Positions 48,637 to 58,348 of a DNA stretch of 64,000 nucleotides are shown here, piece by piece (the stretch's first letter is position 1; each line of letters opens with the position of its first letter). The DNA comes from Thermoplasmata archaeon (lineage in GTDB: Archaea > Thermoplasmatota > E2 > DHVEG-1). The DNA lies in assembly GCA_014894395.1 (NCBI GenBank), contig JADBLO010000051.1:4641-68640 (forward strand). Direction: 5' to 3'. The notes beneath the pieces are model-generated. The model ran no database searches and was not told the origin of the DNA. It was given only the letters and a program-made list of their open reading frames with translations. Both the position numbers and the translations under genes were made by a program.

Positions 48637-49680
48637 TTACTGTTGTATTTCTGGTCTCGTCCCATTCATTAGATATTGTATCTGTAGAGCAATGGTTTCT
48701 TCTGGCAATGGCACGTATCCTGTCTCCAGAACATATTGTTGTCCATCTGTGAGAATCCAACTGACAAATTCTTTTGTTATACCGGTAAAGTTATGCAATG
48801 TGACTACATGAAGCGCTCGTGCTGGTGGAGAAGGATAGACATAATCATTTATGGCAGTAACTATCGATGATCTATTCTCATAGACCCGTTCATTCTCATC
48901 AAGCGTGCCATTCTCATTGATATCAATAGGAACCGGTTTAATTCCATCAGCAGGTACTACTACTGTGTCACTAATTTTTTTAGTATAGACATACCCGATG
49001 TTATTGTATCCTATTCCCCATTTATCAGCTTGGATTTTCGTGGCAAGTAAATTATCTCCATTCATTGCTGCGCCTACCCGTCCTTTTTCCACTGCATTTT
49101 TTACAGCATTTGTCAAATCAAGTTGCTTATAATTCCCAAGATATTGTGCCCATGTCTCAGCTGCACCACAATCATCGGATCGCGTATAGAGATTGATAGG
49201 ATCTGTGATACTCTCATTGCCAACAAGCTCTCCCCATGTCGTAATATTTCCCGTGATAAAGATGTCTTTGAATTGCTGTTTTGTGACACCTTTTGCTAGA
49301 ATAATATCGATCACAGGGTTATCAGAATTAATTGTTGCGACAACAGCATCCTTTGCAACTGAAACCCAGAATGCTCCTTGTTCGATGCTTGTTTTATTCA
49401 CCGCTTTGGAATACATACCGATATCTGCAATACCTGATAATGCGTCTCTCATTCCGGTACCCGCGCCATTGGCATTGATATCGATATTAATGTCTGGATG
49501 AATTTTATTATATTCTAATACCCATTTTTCCATCATTGGTGTGAGTGCATAAGCTCCTTCGATTTTAATTGTATTTTTTTGTCGAGTAGTGCAGCCAGAC
49601 AGACTCATAATCCCAACCATAGTAAGTATGAGAACTGCGATAAGTGCTTTCATTTTCTTTTGTGTGTGTTCTTTCATCAT
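48637..49680 (-). CDS. pstS: phosphate-binding protein PstS (lipobox-like LSGC)
   Basis: Signal peptide + LSGC, PBP-fold sequence, first gene of pstSCAB. Confidence 0.8.
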   Translation of the reverse strand: MMKEHTQKKMKALIAVLILTMVGIMSLSGCTTRQKNTIKIEGAYALTPMMEKWVLEYNKIHPDINIDINANGAGTGMRDALSGIADIGMYSKAVNKTSIEQGAFWVSVAKDAVVATINSDNPVIDIILAKGVTKQQFKDIFITGNITTWGELVGNESITDPINLYTRSDDCGAAETWAQYLGNYKQLDLTNAVKNAVEKGRVGAAMNGDNLLATKIQADKWGIGYNNIGYVYTKKISDTVVVPADGIKPVPIDINENGTLDENERVYENRSSIVTAINDYVYPSPPARALHVVTLHNFTGITKEFVSWILTDGQQYVLETGYVPLPEETIALQIQYLMNGTRPEIQQ

Positions 49681-49911
49681 TCATCGTCTCCGTTCATTTT
49701 TTTTTTTCCCGAATCGTTGCTATGGGCTGTGATACCCAGCAACTAATTATCATAGTATATTATATTCGTAGTCCTATTTATATTTATTGGTAATATACCA
49801 ACATTACTCCAATGTTAACCAAAAGTGCATGTAATCAAAAATAAACAAATTAAGATAAGTTTTATCAAGAAAATATAATTTAATAAAGTAGAGCTTGTTA
49901 TCAACTAAAAT

Positions 49912-50094
49912 ATGATTGAACAAGGACGCCGAGAAATACTTGGACTCAAAGAACTCACTTGCCCGAAATGCGGAAGCCAGAATATCATGACACTCCGCGG
50001 AGAAATCACAGCTGGAAAACATACTGTTCATGAATGCAAATGCAAAATCTGTGACTGCGACTTTCTCGTCTCTAGCAGCATCATGAGAAAATAG
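49912..50094 (+). CDS. small C4 zinc-ribbon protein
   Basis: CPKCG...CKCKICDC; 60 aa. Confidence 0.4.
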   Translation: MIEQGRREILGLKELTCPKCGSQNIMTLRGEITAGKHTVHECKCKICDCDFLVSSSIMRK

Positions 50095-50124
50095 AATACT
50101 TTTTTGATGAAGTGGAGAAAGGAT

Positions 50125-50541
50125 TTACTGTTTCAAACTAACTTTCAACTGCGGGTTTTTCTGTTTCATCACATTCTTTGCATCAATTTTATTTTCTCTC
50201 GCAAGCCATCCAATCGCAGCATAGGCATCTTTCACGTCAATTCTTGTTAATCGTGCAAGAGACGAAATATCGACATCAGTTTGTTGTTGTGATAAAACGG
50301 TCCATATCTTTCCTGCATCAAAACCAATTTTTCCCTCAAGATTCGTACCACCGATCTTATAGACAGTGCCATTACGACATATCTTATTCTCCCGAGCAAG
50401 CCAACCAACTGCAGCATTTAATTGATGTTCATTCAAAAACGTATTATTGATTAATTTTATCTCAGATAGTGGTCCATTTTCATTTAATGCTTGCCATACC
50501 TTTCCTGCGTTTTGACCGAATTCCTCTATAATGGTTATCAT
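50125..50541 (-). CDS. tandem-duplicated winged-helix (DUF2582-like) protein
   Basis: Two repeats of AGK(V/I)W..L.......L..AxGWLARENKI, each about 65 aa. Confidence 0.55.
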   Translation of the reverse strand: MITIIEEFGQNAGKVWQALNENGPLSEIKLINNTFLNEHQLNAAVGWLARENKICRNGTVYKIGGTNLEGKIGFDAGKIWTVLSQQQTDVDISSLARLTRIDVKDAYAAIGWLARENKIDAKNVMKQKNPQLKVSLKQ

Positions 50542-50707
50542 ACCACTCCACCTTCAAAAAAAGAATATAGCATAGCTGATTATATACGTTATGACTCTTA
50601 TTACATTTAATAGTGGAGTTTACTAAAAGAAAAAAGAGAACACGATCTCATATTATTCGTTTTTTCGTTCCCTGGTAGTCACTCTTGGAACTCCTGTCTA
50701 CCTGCGC

Positions 50708-50724
50708 AACAACATTTATATACC
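50708..50724 (+). promoter_or_regulatory. candidate BRE/TATA (ACAACATTTATATACC) for the ribosomal-protein operon
   Basis: The only TTTATATA-type element in the 348-bp intergenic region upstream of rpl3. It implies a long 5' leader; the GAGGA SD lies 9 nt before the rpl3 ATG. Confidence 0.25.
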
Positions 50725-50889
50725 ATTTCTTTTATGCCTAACTTCCCTGTCTCTACCAGACATGATCGGGCAATTCTTCAAGAATCCCGGTAAGTAACAG
50801 TCTCAATGGTTTTTGGCTGTTCCGGAAATGTCACGGTTGAGACACAGTGAGATCACGAATACTTACAAGATAAAAACAGAGGATATATT

Positions 50890-51882
50890 ATGGCAAATAT
50901 CCACCATCCAAAACGAGGGTCACATGGCTATTGGCCACGGAAACGAGCGAAAACAGAAACGCCCCATATCAAAAGCTGGCCAGAAGGCAACGACAAACCA
51001 AAAATCCAAGGATTCTTCGGGTACAAGGCCGGAATGACCCATGCATTCATTGTCGACTACCGACCAACCTCAACAACCTCAGGTAGAGAAGTAAAAATGG
51101 CTGTGACCGTCGTAGAAACACCACCAATAAAAATCGCAGCAGTCCGAACGTACCAACGATCAGCCTATGGATTGCAATGCAGTGGTGAGATCTGGGCCGA
51201 GAAACTTGATCCTGAATTGGCACGCAGTATTCCCCTAGCGAAAAACCTGAAAGAGAAAAACTGGGAAATCACCAAAGATGCCGAGGAAATCCGAGTAATC
51301 GTCTATACACAACCGAAACTTGTGACAAGCACCCCAAAGAAAGCACCAGAGATCAGTGAGGTAAAGATAGGTGGCGGAAGCATTGACGATCAAATCAAAT
51401 ACGCAAAGGAAATCCTTGGAAAAGAACTGAAGATTTCTGACGTCATTAAGGAAGGAGACATGCTCGATACCATTGCTATTACCAAGGGAAAAGGATGGCA
51501 AGGCACCGTTAAAAGACATCACGTTAAACTCTTATCGCATAAAAACTCTAAACACCGCAGAATGATCGGTACCGCTGGTTCCTGGCACCCAAGTTGGGTG
51601 CAAGCAACCGTCCCACAAGCAGGACAGATGGGGTACCATCAGCGAACCGAATATAATAAACGTGTTCTGAAAGTCGGAGAAAACGGCGAGGAAATCACCC
51701 CTGCTGGCGGATTCCCGAACTACGGTGTGATACGTAACTCCTACATCCTGGTGCATGGTTCCATCCCGGGACCGGTCAAACGATTAATTGGTATGCGAGA
51801 CGCAGTCCGATATCAACGTGGTGTGAAAATCCAGAAGCCAGAGATCACCTACATCTCAACAACCAGTAAACAAGGTGCGTAA
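50890..51882 (+). CDS. rpl3: ribosomal protein L3 (uL3)
   Basis: HPKRGSHGYWPRKRA...FFGYKAGMTH; operon position. Confidence 0.95.
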   Translation: MANIHHPKRGSHGYWPRKRAKTETPHIKSWPEGNDKPKIQGFFGYKAGMTHAFIVDYRPTSTTSGREVKMAVTVVETPPIKIAAVRTYQRSAYGLQCSGEIWAEKLDPELARSIPLAKNLKEKNWEITKDAEEIRVIVYTQPKLVTSTPKKAPEISEVKIGGGSIDDQIKYAKEILGKELKISDVIKEGDMLDTIAITKGKGWQGTVKRHHVKLLSHKNSKHRRMIGTAGSWHPSWVQATVPQAGQMGYHQRTEYNKRVLKVGENGEEITPAGGFPNYGVIRNSYILVHGSIPGPVKRLIGMRDAVRYQRGVKIQKPEITYISTTSKQGA

Positions 51883-51884
51883 TC

Positions 51885-52646
51885 ATGACAAAAGTAAATG
51901 TCTACAGCATGGATGGAACCGTAAAAGAAAAAATTGATTTACCAAAAATCTTCGATACACCGTACCGTCCTGACATCATTAAAAAATCATTTGAGGTTAT
52001 TCGTTCAAACCAACGGCAACCTTATGGATCTGATCCTCTAGCTGGAACACGACATGCGGTTGCATCCGTCGGAAAAGGCAGAGGGATGTCGCGTGTCCCA
52101 CGGTTAACCCAAGGTCAAGCAGCAGCATTAGCCCCCTGTGTCGTGGGCGGTAGACGTGCACATCCGCCCAAGGTTGAGCGAAACTGGAAAGAAAAGATGA
52201 ACAAGAAAGAAAACCAGCTTGCACGAAACTCTGCTCTTGCAGCAACAGCAGATACAGAAGTTGTGAAAAAACGAGGGCATCGTTTCGATGATAAAATCAC
52301 TTTACCTATTATTGTTGATGATGATTTTGAAAAGATAAAAAAAACCAAAGAAGTCATTGAAGTCTTGGAGAAAATCGGCATTTACTCTGATGTCCTCCGG
52401 TCAGCAAACGGGAAACATGTACGTGCAGGTAAAGGAAAAATGCGAGGACGCAGGTACCGCACACCAAAATCATTACTCATTGTCTCAACAAAAGAAACCA
52501 TAGAGAAGAGCTCTGATAATTTAAGCGGCGTCGATATCGCAAAACCACATCAACTCAATATTGAACATCTCGCACCTGGCGGGATTGCTGGCAGACTTAC
52601 GATCATTACGAAATCCGCGTTAACGCAGCTAGGGGGCGCTAAATAA
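51885..52646 (+). CDS. rpl4: ribosomal protein L4 (uL4)
   Basis: Archaeal L4/L1e pattern; operon position. Confidence 0.9.
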   Translation: MTKVNVYSMDGTVKEKIDLPKIFDTPYRPDIIKKSFEVIRSNQRQPYGSDPLAGTRHAVASVGKGRGMSRVPRLTQGQAAALAPCVVGGRRAHPPKVERNWKEKMNKKENQLARNSALAATADTEVVKKRGHRFDDKITLPIIVDDDFEKIKKTKEVIEVLEKIGIYSDVLRSANGKHVRAGKGKMRGRRYRTPKSLLIVSTKETIEKSSDNLSGVDIAKPHQLNIEHLAPGGIAGRLTIITKSALTQLGGAK

Positions 52647-52909
52647 TGGTAACTGATCCATATGCAATCGTTTTATATCCATTTGTGACAGAAAAATCAA
52701 TGAGTCATATGGAAAAAAACAACGCGTTAGAGTTTGTGGTGAAAAGAACCGCGAACAAAGCCTTGATAAAAAAAGCAGTTGAACAAATGTTTGCCGTGAA
52801 AGTAAAATCAGTAAACACACGGATAACACAGAAAGGAAAACACGCAACCGTCGTCTTCATGCCCGAATACAAGGCAGAGGATCTCGGGATGCGCATAGGA
52901 GTCTTCTAA
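52646..52909 (+). CDS. rpl23: ribosomal protein L23 (uL23)
   Basis: 87 aa, L23 fold motifs; operon position. Confidence 0.9.
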   Translation: MVTDPYAIVLYPFVTEKSMSHMEKNNALEFVVKRTANKALIKKAVEQMFAVKVKSVNTRITQKGKHATVVFMPEYKAEDLGMRIGVF

Positions 52910-52920
52910 AGGGGTGAACT

Positions 52921-53628
52921 ATGGGAAAGAATCTTATCCAGCAACGCCGAGGACGGACACGGGGTCGATATACTGTTCCGTCACATAAATACCGAGGGAA
53001 CATACAGTACGGCAATGATAGAAACACGAAGGGCGTTGTTGAAGGACTCATTCATGATCCAGGTCGAAGCGCTCCTGTTGCTCAGGTGCGAATGGAGAAT
53101 AACAAAAAAGTACTAATGATAGCAACCGAAGGAACCTCAGTCGGTCGTGAAGTGAAGTTCACGGGAAGTAAAGCTGACTGTGAACTCGGGAGCATCATGC
53201 CGATCGGGAATGTTCCGGACGGGTATCCGATTTACAATATTGAAATCACACCAGGTGACGGGGGAAAAATGGTACGAGCTGGCGGTAGTGGCGCGTATGT
53301 GATCTCTCATGATGCAAAAAAAACAATCATTAAACTTCCCTCAGGTCAATTCAAAACATTAGATTCTTTATGTAGAGCAACTGTTGGGATCGCTGCCGGT
53401 GGCGGACGGCAAGAGAAACCATTCATGAAAGCAGGTAAGAAATGGAATGCACAACGCGGTAAAGGCAGAAATTACCCAGTTGTAAGAGGAGTTGCAATGA
53501 ATCCAGTGGATCATCCTCACGGTGGTGGAAGTCACCAACATGTTGGAAAACCAAGTTGTGTATCACGTGGCGCACCCCCTGGTAGAAAAGTTGGAAATAT
53601 TGCTGCCCGGAGAACTGGAAGAAGGTAA
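52921..53628 (+). CDS. rpl2: ribosomal protein L2 (uL2)
   Basis: GGGRQEKPFMKAGKKWNAQRGKGRNYPVVRGVAMNPVDHPHGGG. Confidence 0.95.
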   Translation: MGKNLIQQRRGRTRGRYTVPSHKYRGNIQYGNDRNTKGVVEGLIHDPGRSAPVAQVRMENNKKVLMIATEGTSVGREVKFTGSKADCELGSIMPIGNVPDGYPIYNIEITPGDGGKMVRAGGSGAYVISHDAKKTIIKLPSGQFKTLDSLCRATVGIAAGGGRQEKPFMKAGKKWNAQRGKGRNYPVVRGVAMNPVDHPHGGGSHQHVGKPSCVSRGAPPGRKVGNIAARRTGRR

Positions 53629-53633
53629 CGACC

Positions 53634-54089
53634 ATGGCACAAACCAAATTTAGATCATCAGCGAAAAGTAGACGGAAAAGAGACCGAAAAAAAGTAGAGG
53701 TACGAAAAAAGGAATTTCAATACCAAGGAAGAACCTTGGAGGATCTTCAAAAACTTTCTGTCGAGGAATTACTCCCACTGCTCACCTCACGTTCCCGCAG
53801 AACATTGAAACGCGGATTATCCAAAGATGAGAACAAGTTGATGAATGACATCAAAACCGCTAAACAAGGGGACTTGATCAGAACACACTGCAGAAATATG
53901 ATTGTCTTGCCTCATTTTGTTGGTCATAATATTTTGATTCACAATGGGAAGGAGTTCGAACGGGTGAATATTCAGCCCCAGATGATCGGGCATTACCTCG
54001 GGGAATTCGCATTAACCCGTAAGAAAGTAAAACACACAGGACCTGGTGTTGGAGCCACCAGAGGTTCCAAATTCATGCCATTGAAGTGA
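53634..54089 (+). CDS. rps19: ribosomal protein S19 (uS19)
   Basis: HNGKEFERVNIQPQMIGHYLGEFALTRK. Confidence 0.9.
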   Translation: MAQTKFRSSAKSRRKRDRKKVEVRKKEFQYQGRTLEDLQKLSVEELLPLLTSRSRRTLKRGLSKDENKLMNDIKTAKQGDLIRTHCRNMIVLPHFVGHNILIHNGKEFERVNIQPQMIGHYLGEFALTRKKVKHTGPGVGATRGSKFMPLK

Positions 54090-54095
54090 TGAACC

Positions 54096-54542
54096 ATGCC
54101 GAAATATTCAGCTGAGAAAGACCTAGAAAAAAGCGCACGAGCCTATGGATATGAACTGCACTGTTCTCAGAAAGATTCCATGAACATTGCACATGCGTTA
54201 CGAGGAATGACTGTTGAAGCGGCAAAGAAGTACCTCGAAGAAGTCATCGTTATGAAACGGGCACTCCCTGCGATTTACCATAAGAAGAAACGACCGCATC
54301 AAAAAGGAATCGGCCCAGGGAGTTTCCCAGAGAAAGCAGCCCGGTACATGTTAAAGGTAGTCGAGAACGCAGAGAACAATGCGGAATATAAAGGCTTTGA
54401 CGTTGAAAAAATGAAAATTACACATATCTCCGCATATCAAGGCAGAATCATCAAAGGAATGATGCCACGAGCGCATGGCAGAGCGACCGATAAGAATGAA
54501 ACCACGACCAATGTCGAAATTATTCTTGAAGAGGTAGAGTAA
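54096..54542 (+). CDS. rpl22: ribosomal protein L22 (uL22)
   Basis: Archaeal L22/L17e pattern; operon position. Confidence 0.9.
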   Translation: MPKYSAEKDLEKSARAYGYELHCSQKDSMNIAHALRGMTVEAAKKYLEEVIVMKRALPAIYHKKKRPHQKGIGPGSFPEKAARYMLKVVENAENNAEYKGFDVEKMKITHISAYQGRIIKGMMPRAHGRATDKNETTTNVEIILEEVE

Positions 54543-55417
54543 TGGCAAATGAACGCAAGTTTATTAGAGAGAATGCCAAGCGATCGTTGATCAAGAAGTT
54601 TCTCGTCAAAGAAATCGAAGGCGCAGGTTTTGGCGGCATGAACATCCAACGGACCCCGATTGGAACCAGAGTCAACCTCCTTGTCGAGCGACCAGGAATG
54701 GTAATTGGGAAGGGTGGTGCAAAAATAAAAGAACTTACAGATTCGATTCGTACCAAATTTAATGTTGATAACCCGCAAATTGAAATACAGGAAGCAGGGT
54801 CAAGTGCATCCTTAAACGCTCAAATCATGGCAGAGAAACTGGCTGAAGCACTGGAGCGAGGATGGCATTTCAGACGCGCAGGGCACTCTACTGTACGACG
54901 GATAATGCAATCAGGTGCAAAAGGCTGCCAAGTCATTCTCGCAGGGAAACTAACCGGAGAACGACACCGAACAGAGAAATTCACTGAAGGGCATGTGAAA
55001 TATTGCGGTGAACCCGCAAAAGAAGTCATGGATATCGGCCTAGCAACCGCGAAACTCAAACCCGGAGTTCTTGGAGTTAAAGTAAGAATCATGAGACCAG
55101 ACGCGAAACTGCCCGATGAAATTACGTATAAACTTGCAGCAAAAGAGGAAATAAAACCAGAAATAAAAATCGAAGCAAAACCACCAGAGCCGAAACTAGA
55201 GAAAAAAACCGATATTAAACTCATTACAAAGATTCAAGGAATTGGGCCATCCGTCTTGAAAAAACTGGAGAAAGCAAAGATCACCTCACTTGAAGAATTA
55301 TACACCATGAACCTTGATGATCTCATTGCAATCGATGGCATCGGCAATAAAACCGCTGAATTGATAGTGAAAAACATTAGAAAATTACTAGAAGAGGGTA
55401 CCAAAAATGGTTCTTAA
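54542..55417 (+). CDS. rps3: ribosomal protein S3 (uS3) with K/E-rich linker and C-terminal (HhH)2 extension
   Basis: KH domain GKGGAKIKELTD. The C-terminal about 90 aa contains IQGIGPSVLKKL and IDGIGNKTAELI HhH motifs. Confidence 0.9.
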   Translation: MANERKFIRENAKRSLIKKFLVKEIEGAGFGGMNIQRTPIGTRVNLLVERPGMVIGKGGAKIKELTDSIRTKFNVDNPQIEIQEAGSSASLNAQIMAEKLAEALERGWHFRRAGHSTVRRIMQSGAKGCQVILAGKLTGERHRTEKFTEGHVKYCGEPAKEVMDIGLATAKLKPGVLGVKVRIMRPDAKLPDEITYKLAAKEEIKPEIKIEAKPPEPKLEKKTDIKLITKIQGIGPSVLKKLEKAKITSLEELYTMNLDDLIAIDGIGNKTAELIVKNIRKLLEEGTKNGS

Positions 55418-55610
55418 GGCTAAAGAAATCAGACAGATGACTCCTGAAGAAAGGGGCGAGAAACTTAAAGAGTTGAAAGAAGAACTTATGCATGAACGCG
55501 GAGTATCAGCAATGGGAGGATCGTCACCATCCCCTGGAAAAATCAGGCAGATACGACAATCCATTGCAAGGATTCTAACGATCATGCAGGAGGAAGGAGA
55601 ACATAAATGA
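55407..55610 (+). CDS. rpl29: ribosomal protein L29 (uL29)
   Basis: 67 aa helical; operon position. Confidence 0.85.
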   Translation: MVLKAKEIRQMTPEERGEKLKELKEELMHERGVSAMGGSSPSPGKIRQIRQSIARILTIMQEEGEHK

Positions 55611-55906
55611 GTGATATATGCCCAAAGTGTGGCCTCCCAAAAGAAATCTGTGTCTGTGAAGAAATAGCACGGGAACAGCAAAGCATCACTATAGCTGTTG
55701 ACAAGCGACGATATGGAAAGACGATGACTGTCGTTGACGGTCTGAACCCCCATGATCTCGACATGAATGCGCTGGTCAGCAATCTCAAATCAATCTGCGC
55801 CTGCGGTGGAACCATCAAGGAAGGCAGAATCGAATTACAGGGAGATCACCGAGCAAAAGTAAAGGACGCATTGGAGAAACTCGGATTCACTGTTGACGTG
55901 ATCTAA
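55607..55906 (+). CDS. translation initiation factor SUI1 (aSUI1/eIF1)
   Basis: CPKCGLPKEICVCEE zinc motif plus SUI1 fold; 99 aa. Position between L29 and Rpp29 as in many archaea. Confidence 0.85.
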   Translation: MSDICPKCGLPKEICVCEEIAREQQSITIAVDKRRYGKTMTVVDGLNPHDLDMNALVSNLKSICACGGTIKEGRIELQGDHRAKVKDALEKLGFTVDVI

Positions 55907-55947
55907 ACCAACCATCTGACGCCCATAGTGCGTCACGGACGGAACCT

Positions 55948-56274
55948 ATGGAACACGAGCCGATCACCAGTGATGAACTCATTGGCCGAATGGTCACCAT
56001 CATCGAGTGCACCGATCCTTCCTGGATGAATCTATCAGGACTCATCATCGATGAGACAAAACACACGTTCCTCATCGAAACCGACAAGAAACAAAAAAGA
56101 ATCGCAAAGCAAACAGCAACGTTTGCATTTGAATATCACGGTAAAAAAACCATCGTGAAAGGAACACGATTGGTCTATCGACCTGAAGAAAGAATAAAAA
56201 AACAAGGTGAAGACATTGGCAGAAAAAAAGGAAGCACGAAACATAGGGTTGAATGTCAAACCACCCAGCGATAG
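55948..56274 (+). CDS. rnp1: RNase P protein component 1 (Rpp29/Pop4)
   Basis: [34 protein letters not shown] Rpp29 barrel. The C-terminus runs about 25 aa past the usual RPEERIKK end into rps17. Confidence 0.8.
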   Translation: MEHEPITSDELIGRMVTIIECTDPSWMNLSGLIIDETKHTFLIETDKKQKRIAKQTATFAFEYHGKKTIVKGTRLVYRPEERIKKQGEDIGRKKGSTKHRVECQTTQR

Positions 56275-56551
56275 CTGTAACGATCAGGATTGCCCATTTC
56301 ATGGGACGTTACCTGTAAGAGGACGAGTAATCATGGGAACGGTAGTGTCAACTAAAAGGCAAAATACGGTCTCTGTCGAACGAGAATTCATGCACTATGT
56401 GAAGAAATACGAGCGATACGAAAAACGGACATCAACCTATCATGCTCACTGTCCGCCCTGTATGAATCTCACGGTGGGCGATACAGTCCAGATCGCGGAA
56501 TGTCGACCATTAAGTAAAACCGTGTCATTTGTGACCGTTGAAAAAGTGTAA
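56207..56551 (+). CDS. rps17: ribosomal protein S17 (uS17), GTG start
   Basis: [28 protein letters not shown]. The ORF starts at a GTG and overlaps rnp1 by 68 nt; the exact start is uncertain. Confidence 0.85.
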   Translation: MKTLAEKKEARNIGLNVKPPSDSCNDQDCPFHGTLPVRGRVIMGTVVSTKRQNTVSVEREFMHYVKKYERYEKRTSTYHAHCPPCMNLTVGDTVQIAECRPLSKTVSFVTVEKV

Positions 56552-56566
56552 ATTTGGTGAAAGAAC

Positions 56567-56965
56567 ATGAAAGGAATAGCTGGTAGAATGATGCGAGGGT
56601 TGCCGGTAGGCGCCCGTTTAACTTGCATTGATAACACTGGTGCAAAAGTTGTACAAATCATCATGACAGTGAAGATTAAAGGTGTTCATCGTCGAACCCC
56701 AACCGCTGGCGTTGGTGATTTAGTAATAGTAAGTGTTAAAAAAGGAGCAACGGCGATGAGACGGCAGATCTTAAAAGCGGTGATTGTCCGTCAGAGACGT
56801 CCTTTCCGACGCCCGGATGGCCTCATGGTTCAATTTGAGGATAACGCTGCAGTATTAATAACAGATACTGGAGAAACAAAAGGAACGATGATAAAAGGCC
56901 CTGTTGCAATAGAAGCCGCAGAACGATGGCCAAAGATAGCTGCGTTAGCAGCAACAATTCTCTGA
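56567..56965 (+). CDS. rpl14: ribosomal protein L14 (uL14)
   Basis: LTCIDNTGAKVVQII...GDLVIVSVKKG. Confidence 0.95.
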   Translation: MKGIAGRMMRGLPVGARLTCIDNTGAKVVQIIMTVKIKGVHRRTPTAGVGDLVIVSVKKGATAMRRQILKAVIVRQRRPFRRPDGLMVQFEDNAAVLITDTGETKGTMIKGPVAIEAAERWPKIAALAATIL

Positions 56966-56966
56966 A

Positions 56967-57635
56967 GTGAGTGATATGATATCAATAAAACCAAGAAAAC
57001 AACGATACATGCTCTATAACGCACCTCTTCATAAAAAGAGAAAATGGATTTCTTCGCATCTCGCAGAGAACCTTCTGTTGAAATATGACCGACGCAGTCT
57101 GCCAGTTGTGAAAGGAGACACGGTTAAAGTCATGCGTGGAAACTACCGGGGGCATGAGGATAAAATCTCAAAAGTCAACGTACGAGACCAGACCGTGGAA
57201 ATTGAAGGAGTCACTATCACCACTGCGAAAGGAACAAAGATAGCCAAACCAATCCACGCAAGTACTTTGCTTATTACTAAATTAAATATTACTGATAAAT
57301 GGCGACGGCAGAAACTGGAGAGCGGACTCTCGGAGACAACGAAGAAAGAAATCGAAAAAGAAGCAGCAGAACAACTCAAGGTACATAAGGCTGAACAGAA
57401 AGCAGAAGAGGAAGCAGCGAAAGCAGAAGAAAAACAAAAAGAAGAGACAAAAGAACCCCTCAAAGAAGAGGTAACTACGGAGCTTCCTGAAAAAACCGTA
57501 GAACCAGCTGTAAAAGAAGAAATACCGGAAGAAAAAGTCGAAGAGAAGAGCACTGAACCGCCGAAAAAGAAACCAGCAACAAAAAAACCTACTACTAAAA
57601 CCACAAAAAAGAAAAAAGAAGAAGGTGAAACATGA
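56967..57635 (+). CDS. rpl24: ribosomal protein L24 (uL24) with about 100-aa K/E/A-rich C-terminal tail
   Basis: KOW motif VVKGDTVKVMRGNYRGHEDKISKV. The C-terminal half is low-complexity KAEQKAEEEAAKAEEKQKEE...KKKPATKKPTTK. Confidence 0.9.
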   Translation: MSDMISIKPRKQRYMLYNAPLHKKRKWISSHLAENLLLKYDRRSLPVVKGDTVKVMRGNYRGHEDKISKVNVRDQTVEIEGVTITTAKGTKIAKPIHASTLLITKLNITDKWRRQKLESGLSETTKKEIEKEAAEQLKVHKAEQKAEEEAAKAEEKQKEETKEPLKEEVTTELPEKTVEPAVKEEIPEEKVEEKSTEPPKKKPATKKPTTKTTKKKKEEGET

Positions 57636-58348
57636 GCAAACACCTGAAAAGACTCGCAGCACCGCGAGTATTACGACTCCATCGAAAAGAACGAGCATTC
57701 ACGATTCGTGCCGCACCAGGCCCACATCCGTTAGAGCTAGCTATTCCCCTTGGGTTAGTCATACGAGATTACCTTAGTTTATGCGACACATATAAAGAAG
57801 CACGAAAAATCGTGTCCAATGGAGATATCCTCGTTGATGGAGTAAAACGAAAGAACATCAAATTCCCTTGCGGACTCATGGATGTCATCTCCATTCCTAA
57901 AATGCGTAAGAATGTTCGAATCCTCTTTGATCGAAACGGGAAACTCACCCTCGTACCAATCTCAGAAAGCGATGCAGAATGGAAACTCTGCCGTATACAA
58001 AACAAAACGATAGTGAAAGGAAAGAAAGTGCAGCTCAACCTCCACGACGGCAAAAACAAACTCGTAGAGAAAGACGAATACAAAACCGGAGATGTCCTAA
58101 AAATTTCTTTCAAGGAAAATAAAATCGATGATGTGTATAGGTTTGACAAAGGAACCGTGTCGATGATCATTGGTGGAACGCACATTGGAGAGATTGCGAG
58201 TATCGACGAAATTCAGGTTGTTACTTCGTCAAAACCCAATCTTGCAAAAATGAAAGGAGAAAAAGAATTTTCCACCATCGCAGAGCATGTGTTCCCCATT
58301 GGGAAAACCAAGCCGGCTATAGCACTTCCTGAGGTGAAAATGCAATGA
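57632..58348 (+). CDS. rps4e: ribosomal protein S4e (eS4)
   Basis: MSKHLKRLAAPR N-terminus, 238 aa. Confidence 0.95.
   Translation: MSKHLKRLAAPRVLRLHRKERAFTIRAAPGPHPLELAIPLGLVIRDYLSLCDTYKEARKIVSNGDILVDGVKRKNIKFPCGLMDVISIPKMRKNVRILFDRNGKLTLVPISESDAEWKLCRIQNKTIVKGKKVQLNLHDGKNKLVEKDEYKTGDVLKISFKENKIDDVYRFDKGTVSMIIGGTHIGEIASIDEIQVVTSSKPNLAKMKGEKEFSTIAEHVFPIGKTKPAIALPEVKMQ

Noticed and set aside
57143-57698. Minus-strand ORFs (166 aa and 138 aa) rich in Phe/Ser/Cys
   Set aside because: They are antisense shadows of the K/E-rich tail of rpl24 and the start of rps4e inside a tightly packed, well-supported ribosomal operon.
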